From Rhina ancylostomus (Eukaryota), in the NCBI GenBank assembly GCA_030265395.1, contig JARFYF010000017.1, positions 26,697,593 to 26,761,592 on the forward strand: a stretch of DNA of 64,000 nt, written 5' to 3'. Shown piece after piece: positions 23,200-34,990 of this stretch; position 1 is the stretch's first letter, and each line of letters opens with the position of its first letter. Made by a program: the position numbers and the translations under genes. The notes below the pieces were generated by a model that had not been told where the DNA came from, did no database searches, and saw nothing but the letters and a program-made list of their open reading frames with translations.

Positions 23200-24170
23200 T
23201 CTCCTTCATCATCAACATCCTCTGTCTCCCTCTAGTCTTTCCTCCAGTGCTTCCTGCTCCTCCAGTTCCTCCCATTCCTCTTGCTCTGTGCTAGTGTTCT
23301 GGGATGGGGACCAGGACACCGCTGCTACTCCTTGTAAAAGGCAAAACACAGAGAATTGTTCTTGTGGGTTGCATGCAGAACATCTCAGTGGTGATACAGA
23401 AACAAGGATAATAATGAAGGAGTCTCCTGTAGACCTGATCAAAGGGTATGTAGTTATTCACAATGAAGCATGGTTAAGGAGCTTACCTGGCAGGTTTCCT
23501 TGGACTTTGGCTGGCGAGGTGGTTTGCGACTCTGTGGTCCTTCTGCCTCTCCTCCGAAATGGTGAGGTGTTTCACTCCTGAGGGTCCCCCACCCATGCAG
23601 GAGGCTTCCCTCTTATACCAGTTTGTCTCAGGCAGAATGGAGGAGATAAAGGACATTAGGTGACCTATTCATTATTACTGCTTTTGGAAGCTTGAATCAT
23701 ATGTAGAGGTGGAGGGGGAACAATGTCAATGGTGGGGTGAGACTGGGAGATGATGCAGGAAAGGTTTGGCGATGTGTAAAGGGATTAGCGATGGGGTCGT
23801 CACAGCAGTGTACCAGGTTAGATGGGAAGATCTGAACTCTACCTTAAAATAGACAACCCATCAAAGGAAGGTTCAGTGCATTGACGTGAAAATGGGTTCA
23901 ACTTTATGGGGATGCAGTTTGTGTGATTAACATTTTATGTAAGTGATCAATTGGGTATGTGTAGCATATCTGTATCTGTCATGCTATCCAGTCCATCTCC
24001 ATGCAAGATCATGAAACTTCTTGAAGCATTGCTCCAAGCTGTGGGGATCTCACGTTCAGAAGAGAACATTTAATTCACTTCCTGCCGTATCCTGGCATAT
24101 ATCTCCTCCTTCCTGATATACATCTCATCTATTAGCATTTCTATGTCTCCACTCTATTGCATTTCAAAAC
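23200..24170 (-). pseudogene. Myb/SANT-like DNA-binding partner gene of the Harbinger element, decayed and intron-containing
   Basis: Minus strand DIEMLIDEMYIRKEEI...QEVN...QCFKKFHDL (24005-24031); second block KREASCMGGDP..LTISEE; intron-like 23331-23486 (GTAAGC...TTTTACAAG); acidic third block. Confidence 0.7.
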
Positions 24171-26683
24171 ATTGTTACTGATTCCTTTAAACCTACTAAG
24201 GTCTCAATGTATCGTTTCAGCATAGAGAGATCCATATCATACTAGTTAGGTATGACTAACAGAAATTGAAGCATAGATTTTTGTTCCAAATCACATAATC
24301 TTACAGCCACCTCAAAACTAGAAAGTAGAATAAACAGGATTACGTCAGGAGTGGTCAAATTAGAGCCTGCACTTTTCTTGAGGGAAGCATTAATCCAGAT
24401 TTGAGATTTAGCCACAGTTGTAAATGATAACTGTGTCATCTGAACTTTGCCATGAGATGCCCTATCATCAATGGAGCCTGGAGATTCTATCAATCTCTGT
24501 ATGTTTTAGGTTAATTAGAGAAACTAAAAATCAATTATGGCTCATAAAAATGAGAACATCAAAACAAAACACTCATTTTATTGATTAAATACTAGGAATC
24601 AGTTTATTTTATTTGGAAAAGAAAGAACTAACTATTTTTCATTGAATGTCACTCTTTATTGGACAGGCGCTATCCTAAGACATTAATCAGTTTCACACAG
24701 CCAGAGCTAATTCTGTAGTTCCATTGGTGATAATTTTACCAATGTTTTTGCTAGAGAAATTAGAAAACAACCAAGTTGGGGAAATAGTGCATAGTTAAAT
24801 CTAGACATATTAAATACATGCCTGCTATAGATCTTTTAATGTGGCCTGACTGAAGCATGCAAAATTGATACATGTATTAGTCATGTCTTCAGAGACAGCT
24901 TATAGTCCTACAGAAACAAGGAAGCTGACCTGCAGAGCACCTGAGAATACTGACCATAGCATAAAAGGCGATTTCTGCAGTTAGTTGCTCATGTGTTTTG
25001 GAAAGAGGGCTTCAACCACAATACATTAAGAGTATGATGCTTATTTTAGACAGAACTACTAGAAATTCTGCTAGAAAAAAGTAATTGCACATTTTATGCA
25101 TAAATCACACATTCAAAGTGTCTTCCTCTATTTCTGTCAGAAGATCCACCCATTGGGAAATTGTACTGGGCACTTCCTGTTGCAATTCACTCCAGAAATG
25201 TCCTTGTTATATTTTGCTTCTGTGATGATTTCGCCAACATGATAGTACTTAATAAAAACTTATTGGCATAAATTGAATCAAAATATTATGACTCGGCATC
25301 TTTCATTTGCAAACTCTCAATAGAATAAGTGGTAAAACATTCTAGATTTGGTTTAGTGTTCCTGCTTCAACATCATTCTTAGATGTAGAAACACCACCCA
25401 ATTAATTTTAATAAAATACTATTGCCTGCAACACTAACCACAAATTGATACATCCAGCACTGATGGTCATTTTGATTTATGGTGGCTTTGGGTCTTCTGT
25501 GATGTTGGGCATGGTTGGTCCACTCTGTAGCTGCATAAATGACATGGCTGCTGCTTGTTTAGCAAACAATTGCTGCATGCTGATGAACATACTGTGATGC
25601 ACTACATCTAAAAGGGAGAAAAGTATGGCTGCATTTTTATACAGCTCAGATGTCCCAGTCTGATGCACTTTTTGGTGGACCCAAATTTGGTGTTTGTTCC
25701 GAGGGCAATATCTGTCGATCATACCAAGTAAAAAGGATATCCAGTTTCTGGGCATAAGTGCCTGCCCACCCACAATTAACAGAAAAAAAAGATGTGCTGT
25801 ACTTTTGAAAATCTGGATAATCCGAAGTAGAACAATTTAGCACACTAACCTAGGTTTCTTAAAGCTTATTGAGATATTCTGCCCCTTACTTTTCAGTTGG
25901 AAATTTATTCTTCTGGGCTCTTTCAGCATATAGTTCATTCAAATGAAATCAACAATATCTCATCATGAAAATTCATCTCCATTGAGATTTCCAGTTTCAC
26001 TGATCTGATAAAAAAAAAAGTTCTTACTTACTCACAGAACACCAGGTTTCAGTAACCTTAATCCTCTATGTGAAGTCCCAGGTCCAAAACTGAACTTTCT
26101 GTATTTACTGAGATCTTTGACCACTCTTGGACTTCTTTGTCCAGGGTGGTCAAGGTCACAGTCACTCTCAGAGTCATTCCAGGTTGCCAAGATAATCTGT
26201 CACTTCTCACAGTTTGTTGCACACTGCTGTATCAGAGAGATTACCCAAACTTTGTTCTCAAGGAAAGAATACTTCACCTACTTTTCTTTCAGCCAAATGG
26301 AATAAGCCTCAAAAACGTTCTGAAGGGCTGTTTTGACATGNNNNNNNNNNNNNNNNNNNNNNNNNNNNNNNNNNNNNNNNNNNNNNNNNNNNNNNNNNNN
26401 NNNNNNNNNNNNNNNNNNNNNNNNNNNNNNNNNNNNNNNNNNNNNNNNNNNGTCCACAGGATTCGTTACAATTGACTTTTCATCTAAATTGAATTGCATA
26501 TTGCACAGCTTCTAGGCCAGTGGTATGGTATGGTGGCAATAACATCCACCTTCAGACAGGACATGTGTTGATGGATGATATTTCTGTGCCAGTGAGCTTG
26601 AAGTGATACACAAGAGGATGGAGGCATTAGCTCTGACCTTGAGTTTATGCTTTTACTTTCCCATTGCTGCTTCTAATCAACCC

Positions 26684-26757
26684 TGAAGAATTTCAAAGGT
26701 GGGCTCTTATGAAGAATTTCAAAGGTGGGCTCTTATGAAGAATTTGTGGGCTCATGA
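26684..26757. repeat. 26-bp tandem repeat (2 perfect units + 1 degenerate)
   Basis: TGAAGAATTTCAAAGGTGGGCTCTTA x2, then TGAAGAATTTGTGGGCTCATG. Confidence 0.95.
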
Positions 26758-28853
26758 ATACCAAAATGATTTCCTGATTCAGATAAACCTTTTATGTTAT
26801 AATCCTCACATCATCATTAAAAAACAATAGAATTATGCCACATCTGGCATAAGTAACCTAGACCCTGAATGTTAATTTCTATCTGCATTCTATTTCTATA
26901 TATGTCAGGCACCCACAGCAGGTAAAATGTGCTGAGTTAGTCAGGGCTGCAGACAACTGGCTGCTAGTCACAATATCTGAAAGAACAGTCATATGGCAGA
27001 TTGAACTAGCACCGACTCTCATTCATGGACCTGCAGTCTGCTGCAGAAAGAACTTGAGACATATCAGGATGATCTACTTCTTTTTCTTTGCCACCATAAT
27101 TTTCATTCTCTTAAAAAGGATGTTAACTCAACATCATTGTCATATTACATTCTGTTTAAGGCAGGTCTCAATTTAGGATTAAGTTCTCTGGCTATCCACC
27201 CATGCTACATGCACCTTGTGCCCTTAAAATCCTTTCTTCCATACCTCTGTCATACTTCAGTTGTTTGCCATTTTACAATGAATCTATCTTTGCTTTCCCA
27301 TGTGTACCCACCATCAGTACACAATACTTAGTGGTCAATGACTGGTGCAGAAGTGTGCCAGCACTCTTCTCACTGATGGAGATTGGTCCAAGATTCAAGA
27401 CTGAATACTCACATTCTTTTCCTAGCAACCTTCCCTGCCTTCTTAATTCCAAGGGATAATTGTTATCCATTCTTGGCTTATATCCTTCTTTCTTGCAAAT
27501 CAATCACAGCAACAAGGGCGATCGGAGAGGAAAGGTGATGGCAAGGGAAAAGAACAGGCTGCCTATTCTGCCTTATAATGATGGAGGAGTATGAACTTGA
27601 GACAGGAATAGAGACGATGAATATGGATTGAAGCCATTCTATGGCTTGCTATAGAGATCTTCTGCCTGTGCTCTTCAAGATACCTTCTGGTTTTANNNNN
27701 NNNNNNNNNNNNNNNNNNNNNNNNNNNNNNNNNNNNNNNNNNNNNNNNNNNNNNNNNNNNNNNNNNNNNNNNNNNNNNNNNNNNNNNNNNNNNNNNNNNN
27801 NNNNNNNNNNNNNNNNNNNNAGTTCCTAGTTAAAAAGTGCAAATGGAAGTGACAGTATGGCATAGGACAGACATGACTTTGTTCCAAGCCCATTTTGGTT
27901 CCATTGTATTGGTATTTAGCAAAAGAAATACAGGTAAGGTTACTTCAGAGAGAAGCATCACTACGTTTTAAAACTATATATGACTCAGATGTGGATTACA
28001 GTGGGAGAATAAGACATTAATCTTTCATGTCCACTGTGAGAAGCATACAACAGCTGTCTGGGAGTATGCAGCAGGGACATTACTATGCTGCTGGGGGAGG
28101 AATTCGCACAAGTGCAGAGTTCCATGGAATAATAGTGTCTTTACAGCCATCTGGAGAGAAGTTTGAAAGCAAGAAGGACCAACTGCAGATCAGCATTCTT
28201 TTATGAACCTTGTGACTAACATCCAAATACTGGACTCTATCACTGCCATGCAGGAAGTGGTGGAAAATCTTTTAGATATGCTTATTAATCTATATAGAAC
28301 CACACCACACACATCTGTTTAGTCTGAGCTAGGTGGTTTTTAGGTATGTGTTTATCCCACATACTCAACATGATTGCTTTTGAATTTGTTCTATGTTGAA
28401 TAGTTTACCCCAAATAAGTTAGTTATGTTATTACCTCATTTCATTGAGACCAATTGGATTAAAGTTTATAGGGCCAGATCCTGGCCCCTGGTATTTCAGA
28501 ATCATAGATTATTTGTGGCCACTCTTTCCCAAGGGTTCAATGACTTCATTCTGTTTGTTGTCTGGGTCATTTATGAATATCAGGTCAACATGAGCTTCTG
28601 GGGTGCATTGGGTCATGAAACAGTTATGCATTACATTTAACAACACTGACTCAAACCACTTGAGTTTTCCCAATGTACTTCAGGTTTATTGTCCTTTAAA
28701 GTAAACATGTCACTTGTTACATTGGATAGTATTTGTCTCTCGTGATCAGGAGATGCATGAAAATCCTTTCAAACCTTTACTGCTGTGCTGAACTAAGGTT
28801 CCTGCACTTTTTGCAGCACCCTGTTGTAAAACTGGACTGCCCCAGAGCTTCCC

Positions 28854-29000
28854 ACAAAGTGTTGGAGGAACTGGTGAAGGGTCTCAGCCCGAAATGTCAA
28901 CTGTACATTTCCCTCCACAGATACTGCCTGACCTGCTGAGTTCTTCCAGAGCTTTGTACATTGAACCAGATTTCCAGCATCTGCAGTCTCTTGTGTCTCC
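28854..29000 (+). mobile_element. Penelope-like terminal repeat with degenerate hammerhead core and remnant inverted arm
   Basis: CTGGTGA-AGGGTCTCAGCCC-GAAATGTC at 28871-28898, then CCACAGATACTGCCTGACCTGCTGAGTTCTTCCAG...CCAGCATCTGCAGTCTCTTGTGTCTC. Confidence 0.8.
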
Positions 29001-29412
29001 ATTTTGCTGCCCTACAGCTTGACCCATTTTGGACAATGTGGTCAACAACAAGGACCATGAGCCCTTGGCACTCCTATTTCATCCAGCTTAGTTACTGGAC
29101 TGCCTTAAAGTTGCTACCCAGTTTATGGAAATCCCTCTGCCCAATTTCCACCTAACACAACAGATTTTTGACCATTTAAGTTTCTTCTGGCCTTTCCAGC
29201 AAAGTTACTGGGTATTCTGCCAGTTCTTACCTTTAGGTTTGAAGCTCAGGCACTTGGTGGTAGGTTAGCAATATGCTTTCAATCCAAGATAAGACCACTG
29301 GCATCTGGGTTCTCTCCTGGGACTATGAATCAGCACCTCAGCACTCCCCTGGTTTTGTGTAAGAAGTACAGCAGCTGTATAAGACCTTCGAGATACTAGC
29401 CATCAAAGCCTA

Positions 29413-29872
29413 GGTTGGTACAGTGGTGCAGCAGTTAGTGCTCCTGTCTCAGNNNNNNNNNNNNNNNNNNNNNNNNNNNNNNNNNNNNNNNNNNNNNNNN
29501 NNNNNNNNNNNNNNNNNNNNNNNNNNNNNNNNNNNNNNNNNNNNNNNNNNNNCAGTGCTCCAGGAATCGAGTTCAATCCTGGCCTCATGCTATCTGTGTG
29601 GAGTTTGCATGTTCTCCTTGTGACTACAAGAGTTTCTACCAGAAGCTCTAGTGCCCTCTCAATCCCAAAGATGTTCAGGGTAGTCCAATTGACTGCTGTA
29701 AATTTCCCTCTAATGTAGATAAGAAGCAAAAGAACCAAAGGGCAATTGATGAGTATGCAAGAGAGAAAGTTGCAGGGGTACAGGGAGGTAAGAGGGAAAG
29801 GAAAATTGGGATGCTCTGCTGGGAGCCAGCATGGACCCATTGGGCCAAATGGCCTCCTTCTGTATCATAGTA
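29413..29872 (+). mobile_element. HE1-like V-SINE with CR1-type tail (gap inside)
   Basis: tRNA-like head CAGTGGTGCAGCAGTTAGTGCTCCTGTCTCA / GAGTTCAATCC, V-domain TGTGTGGAGTTTGCATGTTCTCC..CCCAAAGATG, tail GGGCCAAATGGCCTCCTTCTGT. Confidence 0.85.
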
Positions 29873-31460
29873 AATACACAGTCCTTAAAAGTGGCAGCAA
29901 GCCAAGGTTCCATGGCTGAGCAAGAGCTTTGGGAGATGCTTTCAAAGTGGCCTTTGCAGGTGTTACTCAGCATTGTCTGCATACTTAACATAGGACCCTA
30001 CTGCTTTCCTCCAGACTCCCTCAAAAGAGCTGATGAATATTAGGACACAATGGAAAGGTGGTTGGAGCAAGGTGGGGAAATGACTGGTATCCCATCAAGC
30101 CATTTTCCTACTGTGTAGCCAGTCCTTCCTGCATGCCTTATACCATTATAACAAGCTGTCAGCACCATATCACCTTGTCCTTGGAACTAGTTAAAGAGGG
30201 GCATATAACACAGGCCAGCCCAAGCCTGGCCATATTGTTGGGTGCAGAATAACTACTGAGTCCACAAGTCTTATTGCCCCACACTTCCCAGGTTGCCAAT
30301 TACACCATTTTAACAACAGAGGTATAAATAACAACTGAACAAATCAACAGTACCAGGAATGTCAGTGTTGAGCAAGAGCAAGCTCACAGAGAACCCAAAT
30401 GCAGCACACTTGTACAGGACTGGAGTCAGGATGCTTCCTCAGGACCAAACACCAGCAACAGCTGTAATGAATCCTGCTTCAGAGATCTGAGTAGGAATCC
30501 CAACACAAACTGAATCTTCAAACACAAATCGAAATCACAGACCTGCTCTAGAGTAGGTCACTCTAAGCAGCTTGGAACCAAAGGTTGACCAATAGTCTGG
30601 CAACTAGTGCTGGAGAACCCCAGGTACTTATGCTAGGCCCCTGATGGGGCTCAGGTGTGTGTCATTATACAATCAGTCCAGCACGGAATCCATGTGCTGG
30701 ACAACAAGGCATCTAAGGGGCTAAATCAAGGGCCAGTACTCAGAACCATGACAAGGGAACCAGAAAAAAGATGTAAAATGTGCATGATTAACCATGCCCA
30801 ACAGGTGAAAGTATGCTGCAGACGTGAGGGTCTCACGATTAACTCTTGCTGCCCTGCATAAGCCAAGTGGAGCAGCAGTTAGACTGAAACTAGTTACTGA
30901 AGCCCTGGCACCTGACTGCCTTCCCACCACATCATGATCTCAATCAGCTTTTCTGAGTTTACCACTACATCCTGATCTTAACCATCTTCTTTGAGTAGCC
31001 TGCAAGAAATCAGCGGGGTTCATCTTTAAGAATGTGATGAAGTCAGAGCCAGAGTGACTGCTTCCCCTTTCGACCATTCCTGCTGGTGGTTGGACTGTGA
31101 GCCAGGTACACTTCTGCTTGTGGCATTCTTTGCAAGCCAGGAGGAGCAGATAACAAACAGCACTGGAGCTTACACACCAAATCGTGCAAGAAGTAATGTA
31201 ACCTTGAGAGATTGTAAATTAAAGTAGCAGAAACACAAATAGCAATAAATATTCAATTTATAGCCAATCCAGTTGGCAATTAGCTGCACATTATGGTCAT
31301 GACATGATATGATGTGCAAAGCCATTGTCAACTACAAATTTCAAATAGAATATGTGGCACGTTGGATTATGGGTTTGCATATAATGCAATAATATGTTAA
31401 GTATATACTTCGCATAGATGAGAATTGAATGCTGAACATATTGGGAGACAGTAAAATTTA

Positions 31461-31699
31461 AAAAAACTGCAGATACTGGAAATCTAAAATAAAGACAGAA
31501 AATGCTGGAAAGACTCAGCAGATCAGGTTGCATCTGTCAGAAGAGAAACAGAGTTGATGTTTCAGGTTGGAGACCCTTCATCAGAAGACCTTTGTCTTTG
31601 TCACCAGGTCTGACAAAAGGTCTCCAACCTGAAACAATGACTCTATTTCTCTTCCCACAGATGCAGCCTGATCTGCTGAGTATTTCCAGCATTTTCTGT
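31461..31699. mobile_element. Palindromic element made of two inverted Penelope-like termini, one hammerhead-like core per strand
   Basis: 91-bp arms 31495-31585 and 31609-31699, about 11 mismatches by hand alignment, 23-bp spacer. Confidence 0.85.
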
Positions 31700-32127
31700 T
31701 CCTGTATAGGGAGACAGTGCCTAACAGTCAACAATTCTGGGCCACGTCATTTGCATCAGCTGCTATTCAGTTGTCTTACATTGACCGGCACCTTAAAGTT
31801 TGCCATCTTGTGCTGCATCTGAAGCTCTTCTTAGCTTTGTCTGTTCTTACCCTTCACCATGTGTTGTGGAGTTGTCTGAGATCACTGGAGGATCAAACAG
31901 AACAGCTGGTTTCACAAAGCATCAGCCACATCATTTGCCAATCACCAAGCAGAAATCAGGTGGTACTTCACTTCAATCTCTTCAATCTCTCTTTTGTGTT
32001 TTGGCATTTATTTTCGAACCACTTCTGACGTAGACCAGTGATTTTCACAATGTTGCAGCTGGGGGCCACTTTGGCAAAAAGCCTGCATTGTGAGAGTCAC
32101 ATTAATTCTATTACTGTTCATTAATGG

Positions 32128-32170
32128 TTCTCTCTTTCTCTCCCTCTCTCCTCCTCTCTCGCTCTCTCTA
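32128..32170. repeat. Imperfect (CT)n microsatellite
   Basis: TTCTCTCTTTCTCTCCCTCTCTCCTCCTCTCTCGCTCTCTCT. Confidence 0.8.
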
Positions 32171-32494
32171 AGTAAACAACAAAAACAGCGAATGTTGGAG
32201 GCACTCAGCTGTTCAAACAGAGTCACCATGTTCCAACTCCTGATCCCACCCACACTCATGCCCTGGCTCATGGCAGTGTCCCTCCCCCACATAACCATCC
32301 CCAATCCCGGTCATGCTCCATCCCATGACTCCACTTGGTCCCATTCTTCCCAGTGTTCCATCACCACACTGTCCCCGTTCCTGGCTATATTCTGGCCCCT
32401 GGCTCCTGTTGGAACTTCATTTTAGGTGGATGGGAGCTGCCGTTACCTTGTTAGCCTTGCAATGAAGAATATTGTCCTACATAGTAACTGCAAA

Positions 32495-32632
32495 CCAAAA
32501 ATGCTACAGATGCTGCAAACCTGAAATAAAATCAGGGATTGTTGGGGATAGTCAGCAAATCAGGTAGGATATATTGAGAGTGAAATATAGTCAACGTTTC
32601 AGGCCAAAGGTCCTCCTTTTTATCTAGAACAG
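32495..32632 (-). mobile_element. Degenerate Penelope-like terminal repeat
   Basis: CTACAGATGCTGCAAACCTGAAATAAAA...GTCAGCAAATCAGG...AGTCAACGTTTCAGG; homologous to 31465-31585; minus strand keeps CCT-GAAACGTT-GACT. Confidence 0.65.
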
Positions 32633-34368
32633 CTTGTTCAAAGGTTAACGTATTCTCGTCTTTCACAGCTTTAGAATCGTTTAATTCTTTATCTAGCTAC
32701 ATGTGTATATTATTCAGCACTTTACCTATTATATGAATTTTATATAAATTTATGTGATTCTTCCCTTCCTTTCCATAGCTGGAGAACTTGTGCAAATATG
32801 TGAACATTTTGTGGAAGTTTGAATTTATTAGGATTCATTTTACAACACCATTGCTTGGTTGGGAGCTTGGTGGGATGGAGCTCCTCCTGGGAAATCATGG
32901 GGGCTGCCTGTTGTTTCTTGATCTGTGCTTCCAGTGAGTGAGGCTATGCTGCAGGAGTGCACATTGGTGAAATTGGCTTCATTATGTAAATGACGTATTC
33001 TTGCAGACAGGGTTTGCTATTACTGGCAGGTGGCAGGGGGCAACTATCCAGCTGACCTGTATGCCCTGCCATATAAGCTAGAAGATATTTTATTTTCCTT
33101 GCCCTCTCTCAGTGCCTGCCATTCAACCTATTATTAGAACAGCACCATTTGGATATCAGTCATATCAATAGATTAACTTTGTTCAAGCTTCACCTTTAGT
33201 CTGAAACAGTCAGGAGCAACATCACAGTAACTATGAGGATCTTACACTCCAGTTTATTTGGCTTTCAGCTTTTGAAGACTTGTTACTGAAACTGGAAGCT
33301 TAAAGCTAAGTCTAGATATCAAAACATAAACTATTTGAGGCCAGGCTATAATAAATGCCTGAAGAATTAATCTTTATTATGCCTGTCCATTACCCAAAAA
33401 TCTGAGCATAGGGAACTCATTCTTTTATATGGCATAGTCATTTATGGCTTGGAATGTTTGGTGTGCATGTTGATACAGTGATATATCTTTCATGCATTGA
33501 AAATGCTTTTTCTGCCTTCATGATAAAGAAAGGTGAGATTTACTATTATTTGGATTTGAATTTTTTGCACAGTTAGCTTGCTTCATATGGAAGAATAGTG
33601 GAGTGCACCAGAATTCAAGTTTGTCATATTTTGGAGACACATGCTCTCACATTACGGAATCAATGTTTGTGTGTCTCCATAACCTCTAATTATTAGGGGA
33701 GGTCTGTTTCCTTCTCTCAACCCCTCTCCCCTAACCCCTCCACCAATTTGCTCATACAGGGCTCTTTCCTCCCCTACCTGTTAGATCTGCACATATCTTG
33801 AGTGGATTTTCAGCTGGCAACTTCCTTAACCAAGCCAATTCTAGCCTTATGGTGAGACATTGAATAATGGAATCTGACATGTAGCCTGGAAAAACCCCAC
33901 CCATAGAAAAGTTTTGACACCAAAACTTTTAAGTCACGTCCACAGACTCATTCAACTGTCGAATTGTGTCAGACATTCACAATCGAAGACTATTAACAAT
34001 TGACAACAATATTAGTTGTTTCAGAAGTACTATACTTTTTTAAAAAGGAAATGAACAAAAACATATAAAAGAAACTGAAAACATTTAAGTTTTCAGAATG
34101 AATTAAAAGTAAGTTAGCCACCTAAAACTACCTCAGAGCTATTTCTCTTCACTGTAATGAATGGAATCACTAACTGTGCACCATCAAAACGGCACAAATT
34201 TAACAGGCAGATTTCCCAGAATTAATTGCTGGGAATTAAGGGTAGTTAGTGATCTGCCACTGAACTCAGTGAGAAATCTAACTTCAGTGAGCATTGGACA
34301 AACCACTGTTGAGCCCCTTTCTGGGAGTGCAAGACTTCTGCACTTGTGCAAACCTGTGCGTGAATTCT

Positions 34369-34733
34369 CAGAATCAGAATCAGGTTTATTATCATTGACA
34401 TATGATGTGAAATTTATTGTTTTGTGGCAGCAGTACGGTGCAAAGGCATAAAATCTATAAATTACAAAAATAAATAAATAGTGCAAAAATAAGGGAATAA
34501 CAAGATAATGTTCATGGGTTCATGGATCATTCAGAAATCTGATGGCAGAGGGGAAGAAACTGTTCCTCTTGAGTTTGGGTCTTCAGACCCCTGTACCTCA
34601 TCCTTGATGGTATTAACGAGAAGCGAGTGTGTCTCAGATGGTGGGGGTCCTTAATATTAGATACCACCTTCTTGAGGCACCGCCTCTTGAAGATGTCCTC
34701 GATGACGGGGAGGGTTGTGGCCATGATGGAGCT
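34369..34733 (-). mobile_element. Rex1/Babar-type LINE 3' end (5'-truncated)
   Basis: Tail (AGAATC)n + AGGTTTATT; ORF 34527-34724 TTLPVIEDIFKRRCLKK..NIKDPHH; uninterrupted homologue of 390-1026. Confidence 0.9.
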
Positions 34734-34854
34734 TGGAGCTTGCTGAGTCTAAACATATATTTACAGAGGGAAATGTTCACAATTCTGGAAGGAACAATCA
34801 ATATTTTGGAGGAAAGTCCAGTCTTTTGTTAAACAGGTTAGTACAACTGAGTGT

Positions 34855-34990
34855 TTTCCTAGGCCAATTCAAGGGACAGTCAAGAATCAAGAGTCAGGGG
34901 TCAATTACATTGCCGTTGATCTGGAGTTAAAAACAGTGTCAAAATAACAGATTCCCTTTCCAAAACCTTTAGTAAATCAGATGGTTTGAA
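34855..34990 (-). mobile_element. Fragment of the SINE family with CR1-group tail
   Basis: CTAGGCCAATTCAAGGGACAGTCAAGA..ACATTGCCGTTGATCTGGAGT..CAGATTCCCTTTCCAAAACCTTTAGTAAATCAGATGG matches the reverse complement of 44620-44745. Confidence 0.5.

Noticed and set aside
20750-25210. Terminal inverted repeats for the Harbinger element
   Set aside because: Only weak partial matches (e.g. near 20775 and 25190); no convincing TIR or TWA duplication
25640-25850. Tigger-like MITE (AATCTGGATAATCCGAA)
   Set aside because: No matching second terminus or second copy found
26684-26757. CRISPR-like array
   Set aside because: Head-to-tail units with no spacers, in a eukaryotic context
30000-31200. GC-richer stretch possibly from a decayed retroelement
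   Set aside because: No RT or endonuclease motif could be traced in any frame
31495-31699. pre-miRNA hairpin or classical DNA-transposon MITE
   Set aside because: The arms are copies of a multicopy terminus that is attached to a Penelope ORF at 63029-63120; no TA/TSD signature seen
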